Below, one piece after another: positions 46,871 through 55,690 of a stretch of DNA of 64,000 nt. Source of the stretch: Clostridia bacterium (GTDB lineage Bacteria; Bacillota; Clostridia; Oscillospirales; RGIG5554); NCBI GenBank assembly GCA_017507855.1, contig JAFWAE010000026.1:146991-210990 (forward strand), in the 5' to 3' direction. The notes beneath the pieces are model-generated. The model did no database searches and was not told the origin of the DNA. It worked only from the letters and a program-made list of their open reading frames with translations. Each line of letters begins with the position of its first letter. Position 1 is the first letter of the stretch. Both the position numbers and the translations under genes were made by a program.

Positions 46871-47413
46871 ATGTCTAGAATCGGTAGAATGCCTATCGTA
46901 ATTCCGGCCGGCGTCACCGTTGATGTGGCAGACGGCAACGTGGTCACTGTGAAAGGTCCCAAGGGTACCCTGACGGACAAAATGCACAGACTCATGACCA
47001 TTACCATCGAAGACGGTGTCATTCATGTGACCCGGCCCAACGATGAAAAAGAGACCCGTGCTTTGCACGGTATGACCCGCGCTTTGCTGGCCAACATGGT
47101 CCACGGCGTGACCGAAGGCTACTCCAAGACCTTGGAGATCAACGGCGTCGGTTACCGTGCTGCCAAGCAGGGCAAGCAGCTGGTCATGAACCTGGGCTAT
47201 TCCCACAACGTGGTCTTTGACGAGCCCGAAGGCTTGACCATCGATGTGCCTTCGCCCAACCAGGTGGTCATCTCCGGCGCTGACAAGCAGAAGGTCGGTC
47301 AGCTGGCCGCTGAGATCCGCGAAAAACGTCTTCCTGAGCCCTACCTCGGCAAAGGCATCAAGTATGTGGACGAGGTCATTCGGCGCAAGGAAGGCAAAGC
47401 CGGTAAGAAATAA
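46871..47413 (+). CDS. rplF: 50S ribosomal protein L6
   Basis: MSRIGRMPIVIPAGVTV...VKGPKG.L. Confidence 0.98.
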   Translation: MSRIGRMPIVIPAGVTVDVADGNVVTVKGPKGTLTDKMHRLMTITIEDGVIHVTRPNDEKETRALHGMTRALLANMVHGVTEGYSKTLEINGVGYRAAKQGKQLVMNLGYSHNVVFDEPEGLTIDVPSPNQVVISGADKQKVGQLAAEIREKRLPEPYLGKGIKYVDEVIRRKEGKAGKK

Positions 47414-47431
47414 AGAAGGGACGGATCGAAT

Positions 47432-47791
47432 ATGTTTACTCGCAAAGACAGTAATGCGCAGCGTCTTAAGCGTCATGCAAGAGTTCGCGGCAAGATCTCG
47501 GGTACGGCGGAACGTCCCCGTTTGAGCGTATACCGCTCTCTGAGCAACATCTACGCCCAGCTCATTGACGATGTCAACGGTGTGACCTTGGCAGCCGCTT
47601 CCACCCTGGATAAGGAGCTGGAAGGCTACGGCGGCAACAAGGAAGCCGCCGCAAAGGTTGGCGAAGCCATTGCCAAGAAGGCAGCCGAAAAGGGTATCAC
47701 CGACGTGGTGTTTGACCGCGGCGGCTACGTGTACCAGGGCCGTGTGGCGGCGCTTGCCGAGGCAGCCCGCGAAGCCGGCTTAAAGTTCTGA
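47432..47791 (+). CDS. rplR: 50S ribosomal protein L18
   Basis: [34 protein letters not shown]. Confidence 0.97.
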   Translation: MFTRKDSNAQRLKRHARVRGKISGTAERPRLSVYRSLSNIYAQLIDDVNGVTLAAASTLDKELEGYGGNKEAAAKVGEAIAKKAAEKGITDVVFDRGGYVYQGRVAALAEAAREAGLKF

Positions 47792-47802
47792 GGAGGGTTA
47801 CG

Positions 47803-48324
47803 ATGGCTAACAACAGAATGTCTAACAGAAACCGTGAAAATTCCGTTCCGGAATTTCAGGAGAAAATGGTAACTCTGGGCCGCGTTTCCAAAACCGTTAA
47901 GGGCGGTCGCGTTGCCAAGTTTACCGCTTTGATGGTAGTGGGCGACGGCAAAGGCCGCGTCGGCTACGGTCTGGGCAAGGCCTCTGAAGTGCCCGATGCG
48001 ATCCGCAAGGGTATCGAAGATGCCAAGAAGAACATGATCAAGGTGTCCTTGAAGGGAACCACCATTCCCCACGAAGTGCTGGGCGAGTTCAGCGCCGCTC
48101 GCGTGCTGATGAAGCCCGCTGCTCCCGGTACCGGTGTTATCGCCGGTGGCGCCGTGCGTGCCGTGCTGGAAATGGCCGGTGTCAAGGATATCCGTACCAA
48201 ATCTTTGCGTTCCAATAACCCCATCAACGTGGTGAAGGCGACCTTCGAAGGCCTGCAGTCTCTGCGTACGATCGAGGATGTCTCCAAAGCCAGAGGCAAG
48301 AACGCCGAAGAAATCCTCGGTTAA
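47803..48324 (+). CDS. rpsE: 30S ribosomal protein S5
   Basis: [38 protein letters not shown]. Confidence 0.98.
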   Translation: MANNRMSNRNRENSVPEFQEKMVTLGRVSKTVKGGRVAKFTALMVVGDGKGRVGYGLGKASEVPDAIRKGIEDAKKNMIKVSLKGTTIPHEVLGEFSAARVLMKPAAPGTGVIAGGAVRAVLEMAGVKDIRTKSLRSNNPINVVKATFEGLQSLRTIEDVSKARGKNAEEILG

Positions 48325-48338
48325 GGGAGGACGACGAC

Positions 48339-48539
48339 ATGGCTACGAAAAAACAGGATTCCAAGATCAAGATCACGCTGGTGCGCAGCCTGATCGGTGC
48401 CAAAGACAACCACATTGCCACTGCTAAATCCCTGGGATTGAAGAAGATCGGTGATGTGACTGTGCAGCCTGCCAATGCGCAGACTGCCGGCAAGATCAAG
48501 CTGATCTCCTACCTGATCAAGACCGAAGACGCGGAATAG
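48339..48539 (+). CDS. rpmD: 50S ribosomal protein L30
   Basis: [27 protein letters not shown]. Confidence 0.95.
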   Translation: MATKKQDSKIKITLVRSLIGAKDNHIATAKSLGLKKIGDVTVQPANAQTAGKIKLISYLIKTEDAE

Positions 48540-48552
48540 GAGGGAAACGAGC

Positions 48553-48993
48553 ATGAAACTTTCCGAACTTTCTCCGGCGGCCGGTGCCGTCAAGCCCGCC
48601 TACCGCAAAGGTAGAGGTCCCGGTTCCGGCAACGGTAAGACCGGTGGCCGTGGCCACAAGGGTCAGAAAGCGCGTTCCGGCGGCGGTGTGCGTCCCGGTT
48701 TTGAGGGCGGTCAGATGCCCTTGCAGCGCCGTCTGCCCAAGCGCGGATTCAACAACATCTTTGCCAAGCGCTACGCAATTGTCAATGTTTGTGACCTGAA
48801 TGCTTTCAACGACGGTGACACGGTGGATGCCGCTGTGTTGCTGGAAAAGGGCATTCTCAGCAAAACCTATGATGGCGTTCGTGTTCTCGGCAACGGCGAG
48901 CTGACCAAAAAGCTCGTGGTGAAGGCAGCTGCATTTTCCGGCTCTGCCGCACAGAAAATTGCTGCTGCGGGCGGAAGTGCAGAGGTGATCTGA
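48553..48993 (+). CDS. rplO: 50S ribosomal protein L15
   Basis: [43 protein letters not shown]. Confidence 0.97.
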   Translation: MKLSELSPAAGAVKPAYRKGRGPGSGNGKTGGRGHKGQKARSGGGVRPGFEGGQMPLQRRLPKRGFNNIFAKRYAIVNVCDLNAFNDGDTVDAAVLLEKGILSKTYDGVRVLGNGELTKKLVVKAAAFSGSAAQKIAAAGGSAEVI

Positions 48994-48994
48994 A

Positions 48995-50290
48995 GTGATT
49001 AAAACATTGAAAAACGCATGGGCCATCGAGGACCTGCGCAAAAAAATGCTTTTTACTCTTCTTATCATTGCACTGTATCGTATCGGTTCGGCTATCGTGG
49101 TGCCGTTCGTGAATTCTTCCGAACTGTATTCCTACTTCAGCCAGGCCGGCGACAATATCTTCACGTATATGAACATCCTCGGCGGCGAGGCTTTCTCTAA
49201 GGGTACGCTTTTTGCACTGGGTATTTATCCGTATATTACGGCTTCCATTATTATCCAGCTTTTGCAGGTGGCGATCCCCACGCTGGAAAGATGGGCCAAA
49301 GAGGGCGGTGAAGAGGGCCGCAAGAAGATCGAGCGTCTTACCCGCTATACCACGGTGGGGCTGGCGCTGATCCAAGGCTGGGCCTATTACACCTATCTGA
49401 ATGCCAACTCCCTGCTGACCGACGGCGCACAGAGCAATTTCTTTGCCGCCGTGGTGATCATTCTTTCCCTGACTGCCGGTGCTTCCATCACCATGTGGTT
49501 GGGCGAGAAGATCAACGAAAAGGGTATCGGTAACGGCATCTCCATGCTGCTGTTTGCCGGTATTGTGGCCAGCTTGCCTTCCATGTTCAACTCCATCCTC
49601 AACGTGCTGGACTTCGGCACGGTGTGGGGCTGGTTGGGCTTGGTGCTGACGGTGGCCGTTGTGCTGATCAGCGTGGGCTTTATCGTGTTCGTGACCGAGG
49701 CGGAGCGCCGTATTCCGGTGCAGTATGCCAAGCGTGTGGTGGGCCGTAAGGTGTACGGAGGCCAGTCCTCCAACCTGCCCATTAAGGTAAATATGGCCGG
49801 CGTTATGCCCGTCATCTTTGCCTCCACCATGGTGATGCTGCCCCAGACCATCATTGGTTTCTTCGGTCAGCCTCCTGAAGGCAGCGTGCGCGAGTGGATC
49901 ATCAACAATCTGGGTATGAGCTCCGTGGCCGGTGCCATCCTCTACCTGGTGCTGATCCTTGCATTCTCTTATTTCTATGTTGCCATTTCCTTTAATCCGG
50001 TGGAAGTGTCTAACAACATTCGGAAAAACGGTGGCTTTATCCTGGGTATCCGCCCCGGTAAGCCCACCAGCGACTATATCAGCCGCATTCTGAATAAGAT
50101 CACTTTCATGGGTGCTTTGTTCCTGGGAATCGTCGCCATCGTGCCGATCCTGTTGGCTGTGGCCATTCCCACTCTGCACATCTCGTTGAGCGGTACCTCG
50201 GTGCTGATCGTGGTAGGCGTGGCACTGGAAACGGTGCGCGATCTGGAAGCTCAGATGATGATGCGTCACTACAAAGGATTCCTGGATTAA
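48995..50290 (+). CDS. secY: preprotein translocase subunit SecY
   Basis: GTG start. IKTLKNAWAIEDLRKKMLFTLLIIALYRIGSAIVVP...GIYPYITASIIIQLL. 10-TM profile. Confidence 0.97.
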   Translation: MIKTLKNAWAIEDLRKKMLFTLLIIALYRIGSAIVVPFVNSSELYSYFSQAGDNIFTYMNILGGEAFSKGTLFALGIYPYITASIIIQLLQVAIPTLERWAKEGGEEGRKKIERLTRYTTVGLALIQGWAYYTYLNANSLLTDGAQSNFFAAVVIILSLTAGASITMWLGEKINEKGIGNGISMLLFAGIVASLPSMFNSILNVLDFGTVWGWLGLVLTVAVVLISVGFIVFVTEAERRIPVQYAKRVVGRKVYGGQSSNLPIKVNMAGVMPVIFASTMVMLPQTIIGFFGQPPEGSVREWIINNLGMSSVAGAILYLVLILAFSYFYVAISFNPVEVSNNIRKNGGFILGIRPGKPTSDYISRILNKITFMGALFLGIVAIVPILLAVAIPTLHISLSGTSVLIVVGVALETVRDLEAQMMMRHYKGFLD

Positions 50291-50303
50291 CGGGGGAAAC
50301 GGC

Positions 50304-50936
50304 ATGAGAATCATTTTACTCGGAGCTCCCGGCGCCGGGAAAGGTACTCAAGCCGAGATCCTTTCTCAACATTATTGCATTCCCGCTGTATCTACCGGTA
50401 ACCTCATCCGCGAGGCTGTACGGGCACAAACGCCCTTGGGTCTTCGGGTGCAGGCTGTCATCGAACGCGGAGAGCTGGTGAGCGACGAAACGGTGATCCA
50501 GATCCTGACAGAAAGGCTGACTAAGCCCGATTGCGAAGGCGGCTTTATTCTGGACGGATTCCCCCGTACGGTACCCCAGGCGCAGGCGTTGGAGTTGATC
50601 TCCGACGTGGATTGCGTGCTGAGTATCGAGGTGTCGGACGAGCGTATCATCAAGCGCATGGGTGGACGGCGCAGCTGTCCCAAGTGCGGAGCTACCTACC
50701 ATGTGGACTATAAGCCCTCTGCCGGCGGCGAGAACTGCCAGCATTGCGGCGAATTCTTGGTGGTTCGCAACGATGATAAGCCCGAGGTCGTGCTTCACCG
50801 CCTGGAAACCTACCACGCACAAACCGAGCCGCTCAAGGTCTTCTATGAGAAGACCGGAAAGCTCCTCTGCGTGGAGGGCCAGGAAGAGGTGAAGGACACC
50901 ACCGCTTTAGTGCTGGAGGCACTGGCTTCGTTATGA
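50304..50936 (+). CDS. adk: adenylate kinase (zinc-lid type)
   Basis: MRIILLGAPGAGKGTQA. The lid has CPKCG...CQHCG. Confidence 0.97.
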   Translation: MRIILLGAPGAGKGTQAEILSQHYCIPAVSTGNLIREAVRAQTPLGLRVQAVIERGELVSDETVIQILTERLTKPDCEGGFILDGFPRTVPQAQALELISDVDCVLSIEVSDERIIKRMGGRRSCPKCGATYHVDYKPSAGGENCQHCGEFLVVRNDDKPEVVLHRLETYHAQTEPLKVFYEKTGKLLCVEGQEEVKDTTALVLEALASL

Positions 50937-51694
50937 TCTGTTTAAAAAACGAAGAAGAATTACAACAAATGCGTCGTTGCGGTGCTATTGCCGCAGCCGC
51001 GCTGAAGGCCGTTGAGGAGCAGCTTCGCCCCGGGATGACCACCGCTGCCGTCAATAAGATCGTGCATACGGTGATCGTTTCCGCAGGGGCCAAGCCCTCC
51101 TTCAAGGGTTACCACGGTTTTCCCGCTTCCGCTTGTGTCAGCCTGAATGACGAGATCATTCACGGCATTCCCGCCCACGATCGGGTCATCCACGAAGGGG
51201 ATCTGGTCAAGGTGGACGTGGGGGCGTTCCTTGGCGGCGTGCATACCGATTGCGCTCAAACGTACGCGGTCGGCCACGTAACGGAGGAAGCTGAAAGGCT
51301 GATCCGGATCACGCGCGAAAGCTTTTACGCAGGCGTGGCGTTTTGCCGGGCCGGCGGCAGGCTGGGAGACGTCAGTTCGGCCATCCAGCAAACAGCGGAG
51401 GCCGCAGGATTTTCACTGGTCCGTGAATATACGGGTCACGGCGTGGGCTTTGCCCTGCACGAGGACCCTTCCGTTCCCAATTTCGGCACGGCAGGCCGCG
51501 GCGTTCGGCTGGCAAACGGCATGACCCTTGCCATCGAACCCATGGTCAACGCAGGGACTCGCAAGATCCTTGCCATGCCCGACGGATGGACGGTTAAAAC
51601 CGGGGATGGGGCGCTGTCGGCTCATTACGAGCGCACGGTAGCCATCACGCCCGACGGGCCCGAGATCCTCACCAAAGTGGGGGACGAGATATGA
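50933..51694 (+). CDS. map: type I methionine aminopeptidase
   Basis: HGIP...GDLVKVDVGA...GVHTDCA...GHGVG...LAIEPM...YERTV. ATGA overlap with adk. Confidence 0.95.
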   Translation: MICLKNEEELQQMRRCGAIAAAALKAVEEQLRPGMTTAAVNKIVHTVIVSAGAKPSFKGYHGFPASACVSLNDEIIHGIPAHDRVIHEGDLVKVDVGAFLGGVHTDCAQTYAVGHVTEEAERLIRITRESFYAGVAFCRAGGRLGDVSSAIQQTAEAAGFSLVREYTGHGVGFALHEDPSVPNFGTAGRGVRLANGMTLAIEPMVNAGTRKILAMPDGWTVKTGDGALSAHYERTVAITPDGPEILTKVGDEI

Positions 51695-51996
51695 GTATCC
51701 AAGCTGGCGACATTGTGGTTTCCGCCGCCGGGCACGACAAGGGACAGCGCTTTTTGGTGCTGGAGGTCCTGGAAGAACGGGCCGTGTTGGTGGACGGAAA
51801 AAGCCGTAGAACAGAAAAACCGAAGCTGAAAAATTTAAAACATCTGATTCCGGAAGGTCGCGTGCCGGCGGAAACCATGGCCGGGATGTCTGCCGAAAGG
51901 CCGACGAACGCCTGGGTACGCAAGGTGCTGGCAAAGACCTTCGCAACCGATACAACGGAAGCTAAGGGGGAATTCACTTGCCAAAAGACGATGTAG
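51691..51996 (+). CDS. KOW-domain RNA-binding protein (conserved Clostridial gene between map and infA)
   Basis: [26 protein letters not shown]...[23 protein letters not shown] overlap with map. Confidence 0.8.
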   Translation: MSIQAGDIVVSAAGHDKGQRFLVLEVLEERAVLVDGKSRRTEKPKLKNLKHLIPEGRVPAETMAGMSAERPTNAWVRKVLAKTFATDTTEAKGEFTCQKTM

Positions 51997-52196
51997 TGGA
52001 ATTTGAAGGCGTAGTGGTAGAAGCACTGCCCAACGCCGTATTCAAGGTCAAACTGCCCAGTGGGTATATTGTGACAGCGCATATCTCCGGAAAACTCCGG
52101 CAGAATTTTATCAAGATCCTTGTCGGCGATAAGGTCACGGTGGAAGTTTCCACCTACGACCCCACCAAAGGCCGGATCACATGGCGCGTCAAATAG
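51978..52196 (+). CDS. infA: translation initiation factor IF-1
   Basis: TTG start after [54 protein letters not shown]. Confidence 0.96.
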   Translation: MPKDDVVEFEGVVVEALPNAVFKVKLPSGYIVTAHISGKLRQNFIKILVGDKVTVEVSTYDPTKGRITWRVK

Positions 52197-52216
52197 CGCA
52201 ACAAGGAGGAACAACA

Positions 52217-52333
52217 ATGAAAGTCAAACCCTCGGTGAAACCCATTTGTGAGCATTGCAAGATCATCAAGCGCAAAGGTCGTATCATGGTCATTTGCAGC
52301 GCTCATCCCAAGCATAAGCAGAAACAAGGTTAA
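52217..52333 (+). CDS. rpmJ: 50S ribosomal protein L36
   Basis: Translated by hand: [38 protein letters not shown] (38 aa). AAGGAGG RBS is present. It is too short for the ORF track. Confidence 0.95.
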   Translation: MKVKPSVKPICEHCKIIKRKGRIMVICSAHPKHKQKQG

Positions 52334-52357
52334 CCAAACAGGAGGTGCAAGAGAAAC

Positions 52358-52729
52358 ATGGCCAGAATTGCAGGCATTGATCTGCCCCGTGAAAAACGGA
52401 TCGAGATCGGCTTGACCTACATCTACGGTATCGGTCGCGCTCGTTCCAACGAGATCCTGAAGAAGACGGGCATCAACCCCGACACTCGCGTAAAGGATCT
52501 GACAGAAGCCGAAAACGCCGCGCTGCGCGAAGAGATCGAAAAGGGCAGCTACAACGTGGAGGGTGACCTCCGCCGAGAAGTGGCGTACAATATCAAGCGT
52601 CTGGTTGAAATCGGCTGCTACCGCGGTGTTCGTCATCGCAAGGGGCTGCCCGTGCGCGGTCAGCGTACCAAGACCAACGCCAGAACCCGTAAGGGTCCGG
52701 CGAAGACGATTGCCAACAAGAAGAAATAA
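52358..52729 (+). CDS. rpsM: 30S ribosomal protein S13
   Basis: [26 protein letters not shown]. Confidence 0.98.
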   Translation: MARIAGIDLPREKRIEIGLTYIYGIGRARSNEILKKTGINPDTRVKDLTEAENAALREEIEKGSYNVEGDLRREVAYNIKRLVEIGCYRGVRHRKGLPVRGQRTKTNARTRKGPAKTIANKKK

Positions 52730-52742
52730 AGGAGGGATATGC

Positions 52743-53141
52743 ATGGCAAGCACAGCTAAGAAAGGCACGACCGTACGTCGTCGCCGCGAAAAGAAAAACG
52801 TTGAAAGTGGTGCGGCGCATATCCGTTCTACCTTCAACAACACCATCGTTACCATTACCGATGCCAATGGCAACGCACTTTCCTGGGCCTCCGCCGGTAT
52901 GAACCAGCGCGGCTCCAAGAAGTCCACTCCCTTTGCTGCTCAGGTGGCTGCCGAAGCCGCTGCCAAGGCTGCCATGGAGCACGGGCTGAAGACTGTGGAA
53001 GTGTTCGTCAAGGGCCCCGGCTGGGGACGCGAGTCCGCCATCCGCGCGCTGCAGACCGCCGGTCTGGAGATCACCACCATCAAGGACGTGACCCCCATTC
53101 CTCACAACGGCTGCCGCCCGCCCAAGCGCAGACGCGTTTGA
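52743..53141 (+). CDS. rpsK: 30S ribosomal protein S11
   Basis: [46 protein letters not shown] lies 6 nt upstream. The track ORF (52563) is over-extended into rpsM. Confidence 0.97.
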   Translation: MASTAKKGTTVRRRREKKNVESGAAHIRSTFNNTIVTITDANGNALSWASAGMNQRGSKKSTPFAAQVAAEAAAKAAMEHGLKTVEVFVKGPGWGRESAIRALQTAGLEITTIKDVTPIPHNGCRPPKRRRV

Positions 53142-53164
53142 TTTAGACAGAGGAGGAAACACAA

Positions 53165-53791
53165 ATGGCTAGATACACAGGTCCTTCCTGCCGTCTTTGC
53201 CGCCGCGAAGGTCAGAAGCTGTTTTTGAAGGGCGACCGTTGCTACTCCAGCAAGTGCTCCTTTAACAGCCGTTCTTTCGCTCCCGGTCAGCATGGCAAGG
53301 CACGCAAGAAAATTTCCGAATACGGCCTGCAGCTGCGCGAAAAGCAGAAGGCACGTCGCTATTACGGCGTTAACGAAACTCAGTTTGCCAAGTATTTCGA
53401 GATGGCTGACAAGGCCGCCGGCATGACCGGTGAGAACCTGCTGCGCATCCTGGAAAGCAGACTGGACAATGTTGTTTACAAAATGGGCTTGGCTCATTCC
53501 CGCAAAGAAGCTCGTCAGCTGCTGCTGCACGGCCACTTCACCGTCAACGGCAAGAAGGTCACCATTCCTTCCTACCTGGTCAAGGCCGGGACCGTTGTGG
53601 CTTTGGCCGAATCCAGCCGCGACAGCGCAAAGTTCAAAGCCATCATCGAGGCCGGCTTTACCCGCCCCGCTGCCAAATGGTTGGACTTCAACGCTGAAAA
53701 ATGCGCCGCAACCGTGCTGAATCTGCCCAGCCGCGAGGAAGTCGACTTCCCGTTCGAGGAGCATTTGATCGTCGAGCTCTATTCCAAGTAA
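53165..53791 (+). CDS. rpsD: 30S ribosomal protein S4
   Basis: [26 protein letters not shown]. Confidence 0.98.
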   Translation: MARYTGPSCRLCRREGQKLFLKGDRCYSSKCSFNSRSFAPGQHGKARKKISEYGLQLREKQKARRYYGVNETQFAKYFEMADKAAGMTGENLLRILESRLDNVVYKMGLAHSRKEARQLLLHGHFTVNGKKVTIPSYLVKAGTVVALAESSRDSAKFKAIIEAGFTRPAAKWLDFNAEKCAATVLNLPSREEVDFPFEEHLIVELYSK

Positions 53792-53845
53792 TCCGTTTCG
53801 TTCCGGTGCAGAACCAAAAACTGCTGATATAGGAGGAACAACATT

Positions 53846-54802
53846 ATGATAAAAATTGAGGAGCCCCGCATCGAAATGATCATGGACGACAGCAATGCCA
53901 ATTACGGCAAGTTCGTTGTCGAACCCCTGGAGCGCGGCTACGGCATGACGTTGGGAAATGCCCTGCGTCGTGTGCTGCTCAGCTCGCTTCCCGGTGTCTC
54001 CGTGGTTTCGGTGAACATTCAGGGCGTCCTGCATGAGATCTCCACCATTGAAGGTGTCAAGGAAGACGTGCCTGAGATCATTTTGAACGTTAAGCAGATC
54101 CTGGCCAAGCTTCATAACACCGAGGAACCCAAAACCGTCATCATTGATGCGGAAGGGGAAGGGGAGGTTACTGCCGGTTCCATCCGCACGGACGCAGACC
54201 TTGAGATCCTCAATCCGGAGCTTCACCTGGCTACCTTAAGCAAAAATGCCCATTTGTATATGGAGCTGACCTTTGCAGCCGGGCGTGGCTATGTATCCGC
54301 GGAGCGTAATAAGCAAACTTTCCCGGCTTCTATCGGAACGATCTTTACCGATTCCGATTACACGCCGGTCCGCAAGGTGAATTTCACGGTAGAAAACACG
54401 CGCGTTGGCAACATTACAGACTACGACAAGCTGATCCTTGAAGTCTGGACAAAGGGGATCCTTTCCGCGAAGGAATCGGTCTCTGTGGCTGCCAAGTTTC
54501 TCAACGAGCACCTCATCCGCTTTGTGAATCTTTCCGATACGGCGGACAAGGTTGGGCCCATTATTGCCGGCGGTGCTGCCGACGGTAAGGCCAAGATCCT
54601 TGAGATGACCATTGAAGAACTTGACTTGTCTGTGCGTTCCTTCAACTGCTTGAAGCGGGCGGGGATCAACACCGTGGAAGACCTGGCCAATCATACCGAA
54701 GAGGATATGATGAAGGTCAGAAACCTGGGTAAGAAATCTTTGGAAGAGGTTATCGGCAAATTGCAGAGCCTCGGCCTGAAATTGGCCACCCCCGAAGAGT
54801 AA
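53846..54802 (+). CDS. rpoA: DNA-directed RNA polymerase subunit alpha
   Basis: [31 protein letters not shown]. The C-terminal domain has [21 protein letters not shown]. Confidence 0.98.
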   Translation: MIKIEEPRIEMIMDDSNANYGKFVVEPLERGYGMTLGNALRRVLLSSLPGVSVVSVNIQGVLHEISTIEGVKEDVPEIILNVKQILAKLHNTEEPKTVIIDAEGEGEVTAGSIRTDADLEILNPELHLATLSKNAHLYMELTFAAGRGYVSAERNKQTFPASIGTIFTDSDYTPVRKVNFTVENTRVGNITDYDKLILEVWTKGILSAKESVSVAAKFLNEHLIRFVNLSDTADKVGPIIAGGAADGKAKILEMTIEELDLSVRSFNCLKRAGINTVEDLANHTEEDMMKVRNLGKKSLEEVIGKLQSLGLKLATPEE

Positions 54803-54847
54803 ACGCCCTGCACGAAGCACATATTCACATGAAGGAGGAAACACAAC

Positions 54848-55192
54848 ATGCCCGGTACTCGTAAATTGGGCAGGACCACCGACCACCGTATGTCTATGCT
54901 GCGCGGTCTGGTGACCTTCCTGCTTGAAAACGGTCGCCTGGAAACCACGCTCCACAGAGCGAAGGAAGTCAAGGCCATGACCGATAAGATGATCACCCTC
55001 GGCAAGCAAAACACCCTTGCTTCCCGTCGTCAGGCTTTGGCCTTTATCACCAAGGAAGCCGTTGTGGTGAAACTGTTTGATGAGATCGCTCCTGCTTATG
55101 CAGAGCGCAACGGCGGTTATACCCGTATTTATCAAACGGGCCCCCGCCGCGGTGACGCCGCCGAGATGGCCATCATCGAGCTGGTTAAGTAA
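54848..55192 (+). CDS. rplQ: 50S ribosomal protein L17
   Basis: [24 protein letters not shown]...GR..TT...AKE. Confidence 0.97.
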   Translation: MPGTRKLGRTTDHRMSMLRGLVTFLLENGRLETTLHRAKEVKAMTDKMITLGKQNTLASRRQALAFITKEAVVVKLFDEIAPAYAERNGGYTRIYQTGPRRGDAAEMAIIELVK

Positions 55193-55202
55193 AAAAACGG
55201 TA

Positions 55203-55241
55203 AAAAGGACCTGCAAGGAACTCCTTGCGGGTTCTTTTTTT
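55203..55241 (+). terminator. rho-independent terminator ending the ribosomal/alpha operon
   Basis: GGACCTGCAAGG-AACT-CCTTGCGGGTTC followed by TTTTTTT. Confidence 0.85.
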
Positions 55242-55571
55242 GTCCGAAAAACACGAAAAAATGAAAAACTTTTTTTGCTCTTGAGGAACAGAGAATATTT
55301 TTGTGCAATTTTACCGAAAAAAAGGAGCTTTGAATAAAAACAAAAGGACAGAAATCATGGAGAAGGAGAAAAAACAAAAAAAATTAAAAAAATAAACAAA
55401 AAAAATTCACGAAAAACGCCCGCTTTTTTTGCGAAAAAAATAAAATGAAACAAAAATTTCAATTTTGAATGGCTGAAATGCACAAAAAAAATCATAAAAC
55501 TTGTGCAACATAAACAAAAAATAGGCTTTTTTCAAAAACAGTGTGAAAAAAACAGGACGCTTTTGTAGGAC

Positions 55572-55600
55572 TTGACAAAAAGCGGGGGTTGCAGTAAAAT
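55572..55600 (+). promoter_or_regulatory. candidate sigma-A promoter of the ABC/NHL-Yip1 locus
   Basis: TTGACA (55572-55577), 17-nt spacer, TAAAAT (55595-55600). Confidence 0.55.
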
Positions 55601-55690
55601 ATACTGTACCGATAAAGGGGAATGGTGTGAGTGTTTCCCTTTGAAAAAATCGGGTGTTTTGAACTTCTTTGTAAAACGGAGGAAAACCGC

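Noticed and set aside
55357-55395. 12-codon Lys-rich mini-ORF MEKEKKQKKLKK
   Set aside because: It arises naturally from an A-run and has only a weak RBS. There is no way to support translation from sequence alone, so it is mentioned only as context in a finding.
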